Assembly (NCBI GenBank): GCA_963719315.1
Contig: CAVRBU010000002.1
Span: 2,080,001-2,144,000, forward strand
DNA: 64,000 bases
Source of the DNA: an uncultured Planctomycetota bacterium
GTDB lineage: Bacteria > Planctomycetota > Planctomycetia > Pirellulales > Lacipirellulaceae
Direction: 5' to 3'
Positions within the stretch are counted from its first letter, which is position 1. Every line of letters starts with the position of its first letter. A program made the position numbers and the translations under genes. The notes beneath the pieces are model-generated. The model searched no databases. It worked only from the letters and a program-made list of their open reading frames with translations, and was not told where the DNA came from. Positions 42,446 through 53,309 of this stretch are shown here, piece after piece.

Positions 42446-42727
42446 AAGTTCCCGGCCGCCGTTTGGAACGCCCGGATTGGGCGTGGCAAATGGTGTGTGT
42501 GGTATGGCCACGCACATCGCAGACTCAGGACGTGCCTCCCACTCGCTTTGGGCTGCCAATCGAGCGGCGAGTGGGTTACATTCTGGGAACCTTACAACAA
42601 TCAAAGTTTGGGTTTACCTTGGGTGGCTGATACGGGCTTGGCGATCCTCCAGCAACGCTGGGCGTTCGTCCGCCGCGGCGGACTCGTCCCCTGCCACTAA
42701 ATCGCCCGATACGGAAATCGCTTCGAC

Positions 42728-43618
42728 ATGCCGTGGTTCGAGGAACATTGGCTGGGTGTCGCGTCGCTGGCTCTGATGGGCTGCGGCGTATGGTGGTCGA
42801 TGCCGCGCCGAACGCAATTGCCGAAGGTCATCGGTTCGGTTTTCGCGCTTTTGGCCACGTGCCTCATGGCGTGGTGGCTTTGGGCTCAATGGCGGATGAC
42901 GACCGAATGGCCCGTCGGCGAAACGATCTTGTTCACCGCATTCGCCGCCGCGGCGATCGGCTGTGCAATTCTGCGGCCCAATTACGTGGGCTTGGTTTTA
43001 GCGGTGTTGGGCGCATATCTGCTGGCGTCGCGAATCAATGCGGCGGAGGGTCCGCTTGGCGACACGATTCTGTTTTCGGTCTTCGCCACTTCCGCAATCG
43101 TCTGCGCAATTCTCATGATCACCAATCGCAACCCGGTGTATTCCGCGTTGTGGTTCGCTCTCGTAACGCTGAGCACGTGCGGCCTGTTCTGGATGCAATA
43201 CGCGCGATTCTTGGCGGCCGCCACCGTGATCGTGTACGCCGGGGCGATCGTTGTAACGTTCGTGTTCGTGATCATGTTGGCCCAACAAAGTGGCGAGACC
43301 GTCTACGACCAGCGCTCGCGGCAGCCACTGCTGGCGACCGTGGCGGCGTTCTTATTGCTAGGCGCCCTCCTCAGCACTTTGCGGAACGCTACGCTGGACG
43401 ACTATTACATGGCGGCGCTGCAAGCCCCAGCCCCGGCCGCCAACTCGCTCAGCCAGCCGCCCGAGAACGAGCGCCTGGACGAGAACACGATGCGCGGCCT
43501 CGGCCGCTCGCTGTTTGGCGATTACCTGTTTGCCGTGGAACTGGCCGGCACGCTGTTGCTGGTGGCCACGATTGGCGCGATCGCGATCGCGCCGCGACGC
43601 AGCCGGGGGACGCTATGA
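42728..43618 (+). CDS. nuoJ: NADH-quinone oxidoreductase subunit J with N-terminal extension
   Basis: NRNPVYSALWF, VIVYAGAIVVTFVFVIML, LFGDYLFAVELAG. Confidence 0.92.
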   Translation: MPWFEEHWLGVASLALMGCGVWWSMPRRTQLPKVIGSVFALLATCLMAWWLWAQWRMTTEWPVGETILFTAFAAAAIGCAILRPNYVGLVLAVLGAYLLASRINAAEGPLGDTILFSVFATSAIVCAILMITNRNPVYSALWFALVTLSTCGLFWMQYARFLAAATVIVYAGAIVVTFVFVIMLAQQSGETVYDQRSRQPLLATVAAFLLLGALLSTLRNATLDDYYMAALQAPAPAANSLSQPPENERLDENTMRGLGRSLFGDYLFAVELAGTLLLVATIGAIAIAPRRSRGTL

Positions 43619-44136
43619 CCGGCGACATCGAACGATACTTGGCGGTCGGAGCGACGCTGTTCGTGCTGGGCGCATTGGGTTTCTTTACGCGCCGCAATCT
43701 CATAGTGATGGTGCTTTCTGCGGAGTTGATGCTGCACGGCGTCTCGCTGACTCTCGTCACGTTCGGCCGCGTGCACCACAGCTTCGAAGGGCAGGCGTTT
43801 ACGATTTTTATCCTGACCGTGGCCGCGTGCGAAGCGGGCTTGGCGTTGTCGCTGATCTTGGCCCTGTATCAGAAATCGAAAACGCTCGACATTGATTTTT
43901 GGACCGATTTGCGCGAGGCGGATTTGAGTTCGCCCCGTGTGGCCGAAGAGGCCGAGCAGCGGCGATTTGTCGAACCGTTGCCGGCCGAGTACCCGCGGCT
44001 AACACCGGCTGGCCGCGTGCCGGACCTCGGCGGAGAACGCGATCCGAAGCTGGTGGATGACGCCCGCAGCCAAACGGCCGAAACGCCGCTCGAACCGCCG
44101 GTGGTGAAAGAAGTCATTAAGTCGGTGACACGATAA
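43615..44136 (+). CDS. nuoK: NADH-quinone oxidoreductase subunit K with C-terminal tail
   Basis: RRNLIVMVLSAELMLHG, VAACEAGLAL. Confidence 0.93.
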   Translation: MTGDIERYLAVGATLFVLGALGFFTRRNLIVMVLSAELMLHGVSLTLVTFGRVHHSFEGQAFTIFILTVAACEAGLALSLILALYQKSKTLDIDFWTDLREADLSSPRVAEEAEQRRFVEPLPAEYPRLTPAGRVPDLGGERDPKLVDDARSQTAETPLEPPVVKEVIKSVTR

Positions 44137-44271
44137 TTACGCAAGCGATTTTGTATTTGAAGCACCTTACAAAATGAACCACCAAGTCGCCGAGCAAGGC
44201 AATGAACAACGTTGGTTTTTCTTGGCGTGCTTGGCGGTTTGATTAATTCCGTCGGTAGCTGCTATCTCAAA

Positions 44272-46244
44272 ATGCCTGAAAACGTCCAACATCTGGTGAT
44301 GTGGCTAATCCCGCTCGCGCCGCTGGCGGCCGCGATCGTGACGGCGTTCGCCGGCCCGCAAGGGCTGCGCGAAAAGAGCCACCTGCCGTGCTGGTTCGGG
44401 CTCGCCGTGGCGACCGTGTGCGCCTACGTGCTGTTGTTCTCGATCGTGCCGACCGGCTTTTCGGAGCAGGGCAGCACGGCAGTTGTCGCGCCTGGCTACC
44501 AATGGATCGATGTAGGCGGCATCGACATCCGTATGAACCTGCGTGCCGACGCGATCACTGCGATCATGCTCTCGATGGTCACGGTCGTGAGCTTGCTGGT
44601 CGCCGTGTTCGCCGCCGGCTACATGCACGGCGACCCGGGTTATCCGCGGTTCTTCGCCTGCTTCTCGCTCTTCGTGTTTTCGATGTGCATGCTGGTGCTG
44701 TCCTCCAGCTTTCTCATGCTGTTCGTGTTTTGGGAAGGCGTAGGCTTGTGCAGCTACTTGTTGATTGGGTACTGGTATCAGAAACCAAGCGCGGCGGCGG
44801 CGGCCACGAAGGCGTTCGTCGTCAATCGCATCGGCGATTTCGGATTCCTGATCGGCATCTTTCTGATTTGGACGACGTTTCGCTCGCTCGATTTCGCCAC
44901 GGTGCTGGATCGCCCCGACCTATTGGCCCAGTTGGCGTCCGACCATCCGGGGCGGATCACCGCGATCTGTCTGTTGCTTCTCCTGGGCGCGATGGGCAAA
45001 TCGGCCCAGTTCCCGCTCCACGTCTGGTTGCCGGATGCGATGGAAGGCCCCACGCCGGTAAGTGCGCTCATCCACGCCGCCACGATGGTGACGGCCGGCG
45101 TGCTACGTGATCGCGCGCTGCACGCCGTTGTTTGTCCACTCACCGACGGCGCAGGTGATTGTCAGCAGCGTGGGCGGATTCACGGCCTTGCTCGCGGCCC
45201 TGATCGCGCTCACGCAATTCGATCTAAAGCGGGTGCTGGCCTACTCCACCGTCAGTCAGCTTGGCTACATGTTCATGGCGTTCGGCGCTGGCGTGGCCGG
45301 TGCGGAATCCACTTTGGGCGTCACGGCCGGCATGTTCCATTTGTATACGCACGCGTTTTTCAAGTCGCTCTTGTTCTTGTCGGCCGGCAGCGTCATGCAC
45401 TCGATGGGCGGCGTGATCGATATGCGCCGCTTCAGCGGTTTGCGACGATCGCTGCCGATCACGCATTGGACGTTCCTGTGCGGCGCCGCGGCCCTTGCTG
45501 GCGTACCGCTGCTCTCGGGCTTTTGGAGCAAGGACGAAATCCTCGCCGTGCTCTACCACACTTCAAAATCCGGCCCGCACGGCGGCATTTACTTCGCCAT
45601 CTACTTAGCGGCCACATTCACGGCCTTTCTTACCGCGTTTTACACGTTCCGCGCTTATTTCAAAACCTTCTGGGGCAAGGAGCGATTCCCGGAGGAAGCC
45701 GGGCCTCACCCGCATGACGCGCCGCCCGTAATGGCCTGGCCGCTTCGAATCCTGGCCGTCTGTGCCGTGTTCGTCGGAATCGCGGAGGGACCGACCGCGC
45801 TGTTCGCCGGTTACCTGCATCACGCGGTGGGCCTGGAGGAAGTGAAGGAACCCGGCATCGAAGTCGGCATGATGGCGCTGAGCATCGCGGCCGTACTCAT
45901 CGGAATCGGCTTGGCGTGGCTGATGTATATCCGTTCTCCGGCAGCTGCCTGCGAAAGTTGCGACCGCATTTGGGCCGCTTTACCGGGCGTCGTTTAACAA
46001 ATTCTATTTTGACGAGATTTTCTGGGCGATTCTCGTCGCGCCCCTCCGCGGCATGGCCTGGTTCGCCAGTTGGTTCGATCGCGGTGTTATCGACTCAATC
46101 CTCGATGGCGTAACCCTCGTGCCGCGTCTGTTTGGTTGGATCCTGATGTGGTTCCAAAGCGGCCGGCTCCCCTCCTACGCGCTGATGATGTGGATGGGCC
46201 TGCTCGTATGCGTGTTGTTTGCGATGGGATTATTTCATTTTTGA
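44272..46244 (+). CDS. nuoL: NADH-quinone oxidoreductase subunit L (frameshifts near 45102 and 45941)
   Basis: WEGVGLCSYLLIG, NRIGDFG, KSAQFPLHVWLPDAMEGPTPVSALIHAATMV; then LAYSTVSQLGYM, HAFFKSLLFL; then NKFYFDE, QSGRL. Confidence 0.93.
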
Positions 46245-46251
46245 AATTGCG

Positions 46252-47908
46252 ATGAACGTATTGTTGTTATCGATGTTATTTGTGCCGCTTGGCGGCCGCA
46301 TTCATTTTGCTGGCCGGCCGGGGCGCGTTCTCGCAGAGTGCGGCCCGCAAATTCGCGCTCCTCGCATCGCTCGCCACGCTGGGCTTGTCGCTGATGTTTG
46401 CGAATCAATTTCTGCAACTGCCCGCGAGTGCCGCGCTGCGAATCTCGCCCATCGAGCCGCGGTTCAGCGTGGCCTATCACTGGTTCACGTATGGCGGGCC
46501 GACCGATAGCGCGGACGGCCGCACGCCGCTTGAATTCGCCTTTCTGTTCGGCGCCGATGGAATCAGCCTCGCCCTGCTGCTCCTGACGACGATTCTCACG
46601 GTTTCCGGCGTGCTGATTTCCTGGGAATCGATTCGCGAGCGGGCAGCCGGCTTTTACGCCTGCCTGCTGCTGCTGGAGGCTGGATTAGTCGGCGTGTTTT
46701 CCGCGTTCGATCTCATTTTGTTCTACGTGTTCTTCGAGTTCACGCTCGTCCCGTTGTTCTTCTTGATCGGCATTTGGGGTGGCCCGGAACGCCGGTATGC
46801 GGCCATTAAGTTCTTCCTGTACACGTTTACGGGAAGCGTGGTAACGCTCGTCGGATTGGTCGCGCTCGTACTCGTTGCCTCCTCATCCGGCGTTGCGGCG
46901 CCAACGTCGCTCTCGGCGCTCGCCCAGTGGACGACCGCCCATCCGCTGCCCCACGAACTGCAAATTGCGCTGTTCCTTGCCATCTCGATCGGCTTCATGG
47001 TCAAGGTGCCGGTCTTCCCACTGCACACGTGGCTGCCGCTCGCGCACACCGAAGCGCCGACGGCGGGCAGCGTGATGCTGGCCGGCGTGCTCTTGAAGCT
47101 GGGCACGTACGGCCTGCTGCGGTTGTGCCTGCCGATGTTCCCCTTCGCCTGCCAAACGATTGGCATTCCGCTCATCGGTTCGCTTGCCGTGGCTGGCATT
47201 ATTTACGGGTCGCTCTGCGCGCTCGCCCAGCGCGATATCAAAAAACTCGTGGCTTACAGCAGCGTGGCCCACCTTGGTTTCTGCCTGTTGGGTCTGTTTG
47301 CGCTGAATGCGGCCGGGCTTTCCGGCGGCGTACTGCAGATGATCAATCACGGCCTGTCGACCGGCGCGCTGTTCTTGCTCGTGGGAATGGTCTACGACCG
47401 TTACCACACGCGGCAACTCGATGATCTCGGCGGCCTCGCAGCGCGGCTGCCACTCTTGACCGTGATCCTGGTCTTCGTGGCGATGGCCAGCATCGGCCTG
47501 CCGGGGCTCAACGGTTTCGTTGGCGAAGTGCTCTCGCTGGCCGGTATGTTCCGCCGCAATCCGCTGCAAGCCGTGCTCGGCACCTCGGGCGTCGTGCTCG
47601 GCGCCTGGTACTTGCTCACGATGGTGCAGCAAGCGTTCTTCGGGCCGCTCCGCGAGCCAGCGCACCACGGCGCACCAGTTAGCGATATCAACTTTCGTGA
47701 ACTTGTCGCCGTCGTTCCGATCTGCGCGCTGTGTCTGTGGATCGGTCTGATGCCACAAGCGATTTTGAATACAATCCGGCCAGACGTGGATGCGGTTGTA
47801 GCCGTCTACAGTGAATATCTTGGCCATGAAGACAGCACGGCTGACGACGGCAACGCCATGCCTGTTGCCATTGCCACCGAGTTTCACCCTCAAAAATCAA
47901 AGTTGTAA
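46252..47908 (+). CDS. nuoM: NADH-quinone oxidoreductase subunit M (frameshift near 46290)
   Basis: FYVFFEFTLVP, KVPVFPLHTWLPLAHTEAPTAGS, AYSSVAHLG, PGLNGFVGE. Confidence 0.93.
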
Positions 47909-47911
47909 TTC

Positions 47912-49405
47912 GTGCCCGAAGCGATTGAACATATTCGTGGAACCGCCTCACTGATCGTGCCGGAGATCATTCTGCTCTCGGCGGTGTGCGTGCTGTTTTT
48001 CGTCGGGCCGTTCACCGTGAGCGATGCCGGCGAGGCGCCCGCCGGCTTACGCAATCGTTGGGGATTGCTGTCGCTGTTCGCGCTACTGGTCGCCGGGGCG
48101 GTGTGGTACCACGGCGGTGCGGACGTCGTACATGGCGGCATGTTCCGCGTGGATTCGTTGGTCTGGTACATCCGCGGCATTTCGCTCGCGGCCGGGATCT
48201 TGCTGTTGCTCGTGCTCTGGAATCAAATCGATGACGCCCACGCTGCTGAAGCCTACGCTTGTTTGCTCGCGATGGTGGCCGGTGCGAACTTGGTGTCGGC
48301 CGCCAATGATTTGGTCTCGCTATTCTTGGCGCTGGAGCTGGTCAGCATCCCCACCTATGTCCTGCTCTACCTGCCGCGCCGAGATCGCATTGGCGGCGAA
48401 GCGACGCTCAAATACTTCCTGCTTAGCGTGTTCTCTTCGGCCCTCGTGTTATACGGCATGAGCTGGTTGTACGGCGTGGCGGGCACCACGAACCTCACTG
48501 CCATGCACGACGTGCTTTTTCACCGTTCGCCCCATGCAGGTGAGGGAATGCTGGAGATCGCCTTCGCCTTGATCTTGGCCGGGCTCTGTTTTCGCATCGC
48601 CGCGGTTCCATTCCACTTCTATGCGCCGGACGTGTTCCAGGGCACCACGGCTGCCAACGCGGCGCTGTTGTCGTTCGTGCCGAAGGTGGTCGGCTTTGTG
48701 GCGCTCTTGCGCTTGATTCCCCTCAGCGGAGCAACCGATGGCATGACACGGTGGGTGCCCGACCATGACGCCCAATCGCTGCTCGCCGGGTTGGCCGTCG
48801 CCACGATGTTCGTCGGCAACCTGATGGCCCTGCGACAAAGACACCTGTTCCGCCTGATGGCATACTCCAGCATTGCCCATGCCGGCTACATGCTCGTCGG
48901 CCTGGCGATTGGCGACGTGCTCCCGGTCGGCGGCCGTGAGGCGATCCTGTTCTATCTCGCAACCTACGGCTTGATGACGATCGGTGTATTCGCGCTCCTC
49001 ACTGCCGCCGGCGGCGACCGTGGCGCGTTGATAACCGACGCGGAACTCCGCGGCCTGAGTCGCACGCAACCGCTCATCGCTCTGTTGCTCGCCATTTGCT
49101 TGTTCAGCCTCACCGGCCTGCCGCCGACGGCTGGCTTCCTCGGCAAGCTGAATCTGTTCCTGACCGCCTGGTCCGACGATACGCGCATCGGCCGTTGGCT
49201 GGCTGCCCTCTTGGCGCTCAATGCCGCGATTGCCGCGTTCTACTATCTGCGACTGGTCGCGCTGATGTTTCTCGAGCCCACGACGCAAGCCGACACCAAG
49301 CCGGTCCGCGTGGCCTGGGCGCCGTGGCTGGCTGGCGTCACCTGCGCGCTAGCAACGATTGTCATCTTTGTCGCACCACAGTGGTTGTGGGATAGCATTC
49401 GCTAA
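47912..49405 (+). CDS. nuoN: NADH-quinone oxidoreductase subunit N
   Basis: FLALELVS, EATLKYF, VPFHFYAPDVFQG, AYSSIAHAGY, GLPPTAGFLGK. Confidence 0.94.
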   Translation: MPEAIEHIRGTASLIVPEIILLSAVCVLFFVGPFTVSDAGEAPAGLRNRWGLLSLFALLVAGAVWYHGGADVVHGGMFRVDSLVWYIRGISLAAGILLLLVLWNQIDDAHAAEAYACLLAMVAGANLVSAANDLVSLFLALELVSIPTYVLLYLPRRDRIGGEATLKYFLLSVFSSALVLYGMSWLYGVAGTTNLTAMHDVLFHRSPHAGEGMLEIAFALILAGLCFRIAAVPFHFYAPDVFQGTTAANAALLSFVPKVVGFVALLRLIPLSGATDGMTRWVPDHDAQSLLAGLAVATMFVGNLMALRQRHLFRLMAYSSIAHAGYMLVGLAIGDVLPVGGREAILFYLATYGLMTIGVFALLTAAGGDRGALITDAELRGLSRTQPLIALLLAICLFSLTGLPPTAGFLGKLNLFLTAWSDDTRIGRWLAALLALNAAIAAFYYLRLVALMFLEPTTQADTKPVRVAWAPWLAGVTCALATIVIFVAPQWLWDSIR

Positions 49406-49490
49406 GCGCATTTCGACAAGATTCAAGTTCCCTTGCCGCGTTTTGGGCCTCGCACTAAATTTAGGTCTGGATTCGATTTTGGTCTTAATA

Positions 49491-49561
49491 GTAGGTCCCG
49501 CTTGCCGAGCGGGACCTGGGGGCCGTGACAACCTTGGAAACCCGTTAAGCCCCTTCCGGCA
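49491..49561. repeat. REPIN, family A, second arm truncated
   Basis: GTAGGTCCCGCTTGCCGAGCGGGACCT ... CCCTTCCGGCA then interrupted. Confidence 0.8.
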
Positions 49562-49695
49562 CTAGTGCTTTGTCACAGCTAAAAATTGGGGTTGGGCAGC
49601 ATCAGCCGCGGGCGCTAGCCCCCGGTTTGTGCCGCTCCAACCGGGGGCTAGCGCCCCGCGGCTAATCCCAAAATCAAGCTGTGACAAAGCACTAG
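49562..49695. mobile_element. 134-bp palindromic MITE-like element with perfect 19-bp terminal inverted repeats
   Basis: CTAGTGCTTTGTCACAGCT ... AGCTGTGACAAAGCACTAG; inner near-perfect palindrome AGCCGCGGGCGCTAGCCCCCGGTT. Confidence 0.8.
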
Positions 49696-49725
49696 CAACC
49701 TCCCAGGACTCTTGAAACAAAGCCC

Positions 49726-50403
49726 ATGCTGACCTCCTTGTTCTTGAGATTGACCTACGTGGGGGCGGAGTGGGTGCTTTGGGTATTGTTGCTGCTAAGC
49801 ATCATCAGCATCGCGCTCATGGTCGAGCGGTGGTTGTATTTCTATCGCACCCGCGTGGATGGCGAAGAACTGGCCGCGCGCTTGGAAGAGCAATTGCGTG
49901 CCCGCAGCCTGCAAGGCGCCTGGCAGCTTGTCAAAGACACGCACACGTATTGCATTGAAGCCGCCGTGGTTGCGGCCGGGCTGATCGCGCTCCGAAACGG
50001 CGCGCACGCGGCGAGCGAAGCGATGCAAAGCGTGAAGGCCCGCATGCGGCCGGCGCTCGACGCGAACCTCTCGATCCTGGCCACGATCGGCAGCAACGCG
50101 CCGTTCGTGGGCCTCCTGGGCACCGTGTTGGGGATCATCAACGCGGCTCACGCGCTCACGGCCGACGGCGCACAGAACAACCCGAACGCCATCATGTCGG
50201 GCGTCTTCGAAGCGCTCGTCGCCACGGCTGTGGGGTTGTTCGTCGCGATTCCCGCGGTAGTCGCTTACAACCTGTTTCAACGCCGCGTGCGGAAGCGGCT
50301 GGCCGAGGTCGATTCGCTGGCCCATTTGATTTTGTCCACGGCCCTCAGCGAGACTCGGCCGGCGACTACGTCGGCGGCAACCACTCCCACGAGGGTCGCC
50401 TAG
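49726..50403 (+). CDS. MotA/TolQ/ExbB proton channel protein
   Basis: LATIGSNAPFVGLLGTVLGI, EALVATAVGLFVAIPA. Confidence 0.92.
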   Translation: MLTSLFLRLTYVGAEWVLWVLLLLSIISIALMVERWLYFYRTRVDGEELAARLEEQLRARSLQGAWQLVKDTHTYCIEAAVVAAGLIALRNGAHAASEAMQSVKARMRPALDANLSILATIGSNAPFVGLLGTVLGIINAAHALTADGAQNNPNAIMSGVFEALVATAVGLFVAIPAVVAYNLFQRRVRKRLAEVDSLAHLILSTALSETRPATTSAATTPTRVA

Positions 50404-50844
50404 TGTCAGCCCATTTCTCGTCCGGCTATGCCGATGAAGACGACGGTGCGCTCAGCGGCATCAACGTCACGCCGCTCGTCGATGTGACGCTCGTGCTTCT
50501 GATCGTGTTCATGATTACGGTGCCCGCGATCGTTGGCAGCGCGGGTCAAAGTAAACGTGCCCGAGACGACTTCGGTGCCCGCCGAGCCGGATCAGTCACC
50601 TCTTGTCTTTGCTCTCAAAAAGGACGTGTCGGGACAGGCCGTGCTCTATCTCAATGAAAACGTGATCGATGAAGCCGGCGTGCGTAGAATGTTTACGGGT
50701 GCCAAATCGGCCCAGGACTTGTCTGTTTCGCTCTCCGCGGATAAAGACATTGATTATGGACGGGTGATCAAAGTCATCGACTTGTTGGAGTCCTTGGGGC
50801 TCAAAAAACTAGCGCTAGACACGCGACACGTCGAACCGCGATAA
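50403..50844 (+). CDS. ExbD/TolR protein (frameshift near 50540)
   Basis: INVTPLVDVTLVLLIVFMIT, then ADKDIDYGRVIKVID in the other frame. Confidence 0.9.
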
Positions 50845-50999
50845 GCCCCTCAATGGGCCGTCGTGCGGATTACCAGTTGCATCCGCGACGCATTGCAGCG
50901 TAGAGATCATTTGGCCCCACCGCTTGAGGCCCTGCGAAGGCATGGGATATACTGGTGCCGTCCCAGTCGCCGTCCACCCTTATCCCCCCAAAGAGCGCC

Positions 51000-52233
51000 A
51001 TGGCACGCCCACCGTTCGCGGCAAAACTCCGATCGCCTCGCTTCACTTCGTTAGTTTTTCTCACTTTGGTCACCGCTGTCTGCGGCCTGACCGCCACCGG
51101 CTGCGGCAAGAAAGCCGATTCCGGCGGCAAAGCAAGCGGCGACGAAATCCTCCTCGGGCATTATGCCTCGATGACCGGCTCCCAGGCCACGTTCGGCCGT
51201 TCGACAGATAACGGCATCCGGTTGGCAATCGACGAGATCAACGAGGCCGGCGGCGTCAACGGCAAGAAAGTCCGCATCATCACCTACGACGACAAGGGCG
51301 ATTCCCGCGAGGCCGGCACGGCTGTGACGCGGCTGGTCACGAAAGACGGCGTCGTCGCCGTACTCGGTGAAGTGGCTTCGAGTTTGTCTCTGGTCGGCGC
51401 CGGTGTGCCAGGCGAGCGGCGTACCGATGGTGTCGCCCTCGTCCACGAATCCGAAGGTCACGAAAGTGGGCGATATGATCTTCCGCGTCTGCTTCATCGA
51501 TCCGTTTCAAGGTTACGTGTGTGCGAAGTTCGCGCGCGAGCACGAAGGACTGAAGGCCACCAAGGCCGCGATCTTGTACGACCAGGTAGCGGCCTACGCG
51601 GTCGGGTTGCAGGATGAATTCGCCAAGGCCTTCGTCCAACAAGGCGGCGAGATCGTTTCGAGGCAAACGTATCAGGAAGGCGACCAGGATGTCACGGCCC
51701 AATTGACCGCGATCCGCGCAAGTCAGCCCGACGTGATTTTTATTCCGGGCTATTACACGGATGTCGGCAACATCGCGATCCAAGCCCGCAAGATCGGCAT
51801 CAAAGTGCCGCTCCTGGGCGGCGATGGCTGGGATTCGGCCAAGCTAGGTGAAATCGGCGGCAAGGCCATCAATGGCTCGTTCTATTCGAACCATTATTCG
51901 CACCAGGACCCCGACCCGCGCGTGCAGGATTTTATCAAGAAATACAAGGAGCGATTCGGTGGAACTCCCGACGGTCTGGCGGCGTTGGGTTATGATGCGG
52001 CGCGGATCGTGTGCGATGCGATCGGCAGGGCTGGATCGGTGAAGGGCCCCGATATCGCCGCGGCTCTGGCCAGCACCAAGGACTTTCCAGGCGTCACGGG
52101 CAAAATTTCGATCGACGCCGAGCGAAACGCCGTGAAGCCGGCCGTCATGCTCGAAATGAAGGACGGTGATCCGACCTACGTTACGACCATCCAGCCAGCA
52201 GGCGGGGAGCAGGAAGCAGGAAGCGGGAAGTAA
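51000..52233 (+). CDS. Branched-chain amino acid ABC substrate-binding lipoprotein (frameshift near 51390)
   Basis: Lipobox LTATGC, LAIDEINEAGGVNG, FRVCFIDPFQG, GGDGWDS, ALGYDA, FPGVTG. Confidence 0.9.
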
Positions 52234-52335
52234 GTTCTGTCGCGCTATCTCAGCCTCTCGGCCACCGCTTGCTTCGTATTGCTCTTTGCCGTTGGCTCCC
52301 CGCACCACGCTCCCTGTTTCCTGCCCCCAACTCCG
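52197..52335. repeat. Heptamer-repeat hairpin (GAAGCAG / CTCCCTG), partly translated in the binding-protein tail
   Basis: ggggagcaggaagcaggaagcgggaag ... ctccccgcaccacgctccctgtttcctgcccccaactcc. Confidence 0.65.
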
Positions 52336-52338
52336 CTT

Positions 52339-53307
52339 ATGGCCGACTTCGCGCAAACCTTGATGACGGCGTTGTCGGTCGGCAGCCTGTACGCCCTGAT
52401 TGCCCTCGGCTACACGATGGTGTACGGGATCCTGAAGTTCATCAACTTCGCGCATAGTGACATCGTTGTGTTGGGCGCCTGGCTGAGCTACACAATGGCG
52501 ATCCATTTACTGCCCGCGCTGGGGCTGGATCCGCACAACCCGGCCGTAGCGCCCCCGATTTGGGTTCCCGCGTTCATTTTTCTCGCTGCGATGGTTAGTT
52601 GCGGGCTGATCGGTTTCACGATCGAGCGGCTCGCGTACCGGCCGCTCCGTAAAGCGCCGCGCCTGAACGTGCTGATCACCGCCATCGGCGTATCGCTATT
52701 GCTGCAAAATGTAGGTCAGCTCAATTTCATTTTCGGCCCCAGCCCGCAGCGGATGCCGGCTTTGTTGCCCAATTGGGAACTGTTGCGGGTTTCCCTGCCG
52801 AGCGGTGACGGCAGCCGCGACGTGGTTCTCGGTCTCGTGGACGCGATGATCATCGGCATGTCGGCCGCGCTGATGATGCTGCTCGAATACCTGGTGTTTC
52901 GCACGAGGATCGGCACGGCGATGCGCGCCGTGTCGTTCGATTTCGATGCTTCCGCTCTGATGGGTATTCCGGTGGACCGCGTTGTTTCGTTCACCTTCGT
53001 GCTCGGATCGGCGCTGGCCGCGGCGGCTGGATTTCTGTACGCGCTCAAGTACCCGGGCCTGAATCAACCGGCCCACTCGACGTGGGTCCTACTGGGGCTC
53101 AAGGCATTCGTGGCCGCCGTCATCGGCGGAATCGGTAACGTCCGCGGCGCCGTGCTGGGCGGTTTCGTGATTGCCTTTGTCGAACAGTTCGGGGCGTTTT
53201 ACCTGTCGTCGAGCTATCGCGATGTGTACGTGTTCGCGATGCTGATTGCGATCTTGCTTGTCCGGCCGTCCGGGCTCCTAGGTTCAACCGTGCAAGAGAA
53301 GGTGTAA
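52339..53307 (+). CDS. livH: Branched-chain amino acid ABC permease
   Basis: YALIALGYTMVYGILKFINFAH, GTAMRAV, KAFVAAVIGGIG, RPSGLLG. Confidence 0.88.
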   Translation: MADFAQTLMTALSVGSLYALIALGYTMVYGILKFINFAHSDIVVLGAWLSYTMAIHLLPALGLDPHNPAVAPPIWVPAFIFLAAMVSCGLIGFTIERLAYRPLRKAPRLNVLITAIGVSLLLQNVGQLNFIFGPSPQRMPALLPNWELLRVSLPSGDGSRDVVLGLVDAMIIGMSAALMMLLEYLVFRTRIGTAMRAVSFDFDASALMGIPVDRVVSFTFVLGSALAAAAGFLYALKYPGLNQPAHSTWVLLGLKAFVAAVIGGIGNVRGAVLGGFVIAFVEQFGAFYLSSSYRDVYVFAMLIAILLVRPSGLLGSTVQEKV

Positions 53308-53309
53308 AC

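Noticed and set aside
42733..44136. 467-aa ORF as an extended NuoK
   Set aside because: The upstream part overlaps nuoJ out of frame; the real start is ATG 43615, overlapping the nuoJ stop
41775..47908. Programmed frameshifting or pseudogenisation of nuoI, nuoL and nuoM
   Set aside because: No slippery sites, the operon is otherwise intact, and similar indels occur throughout the window
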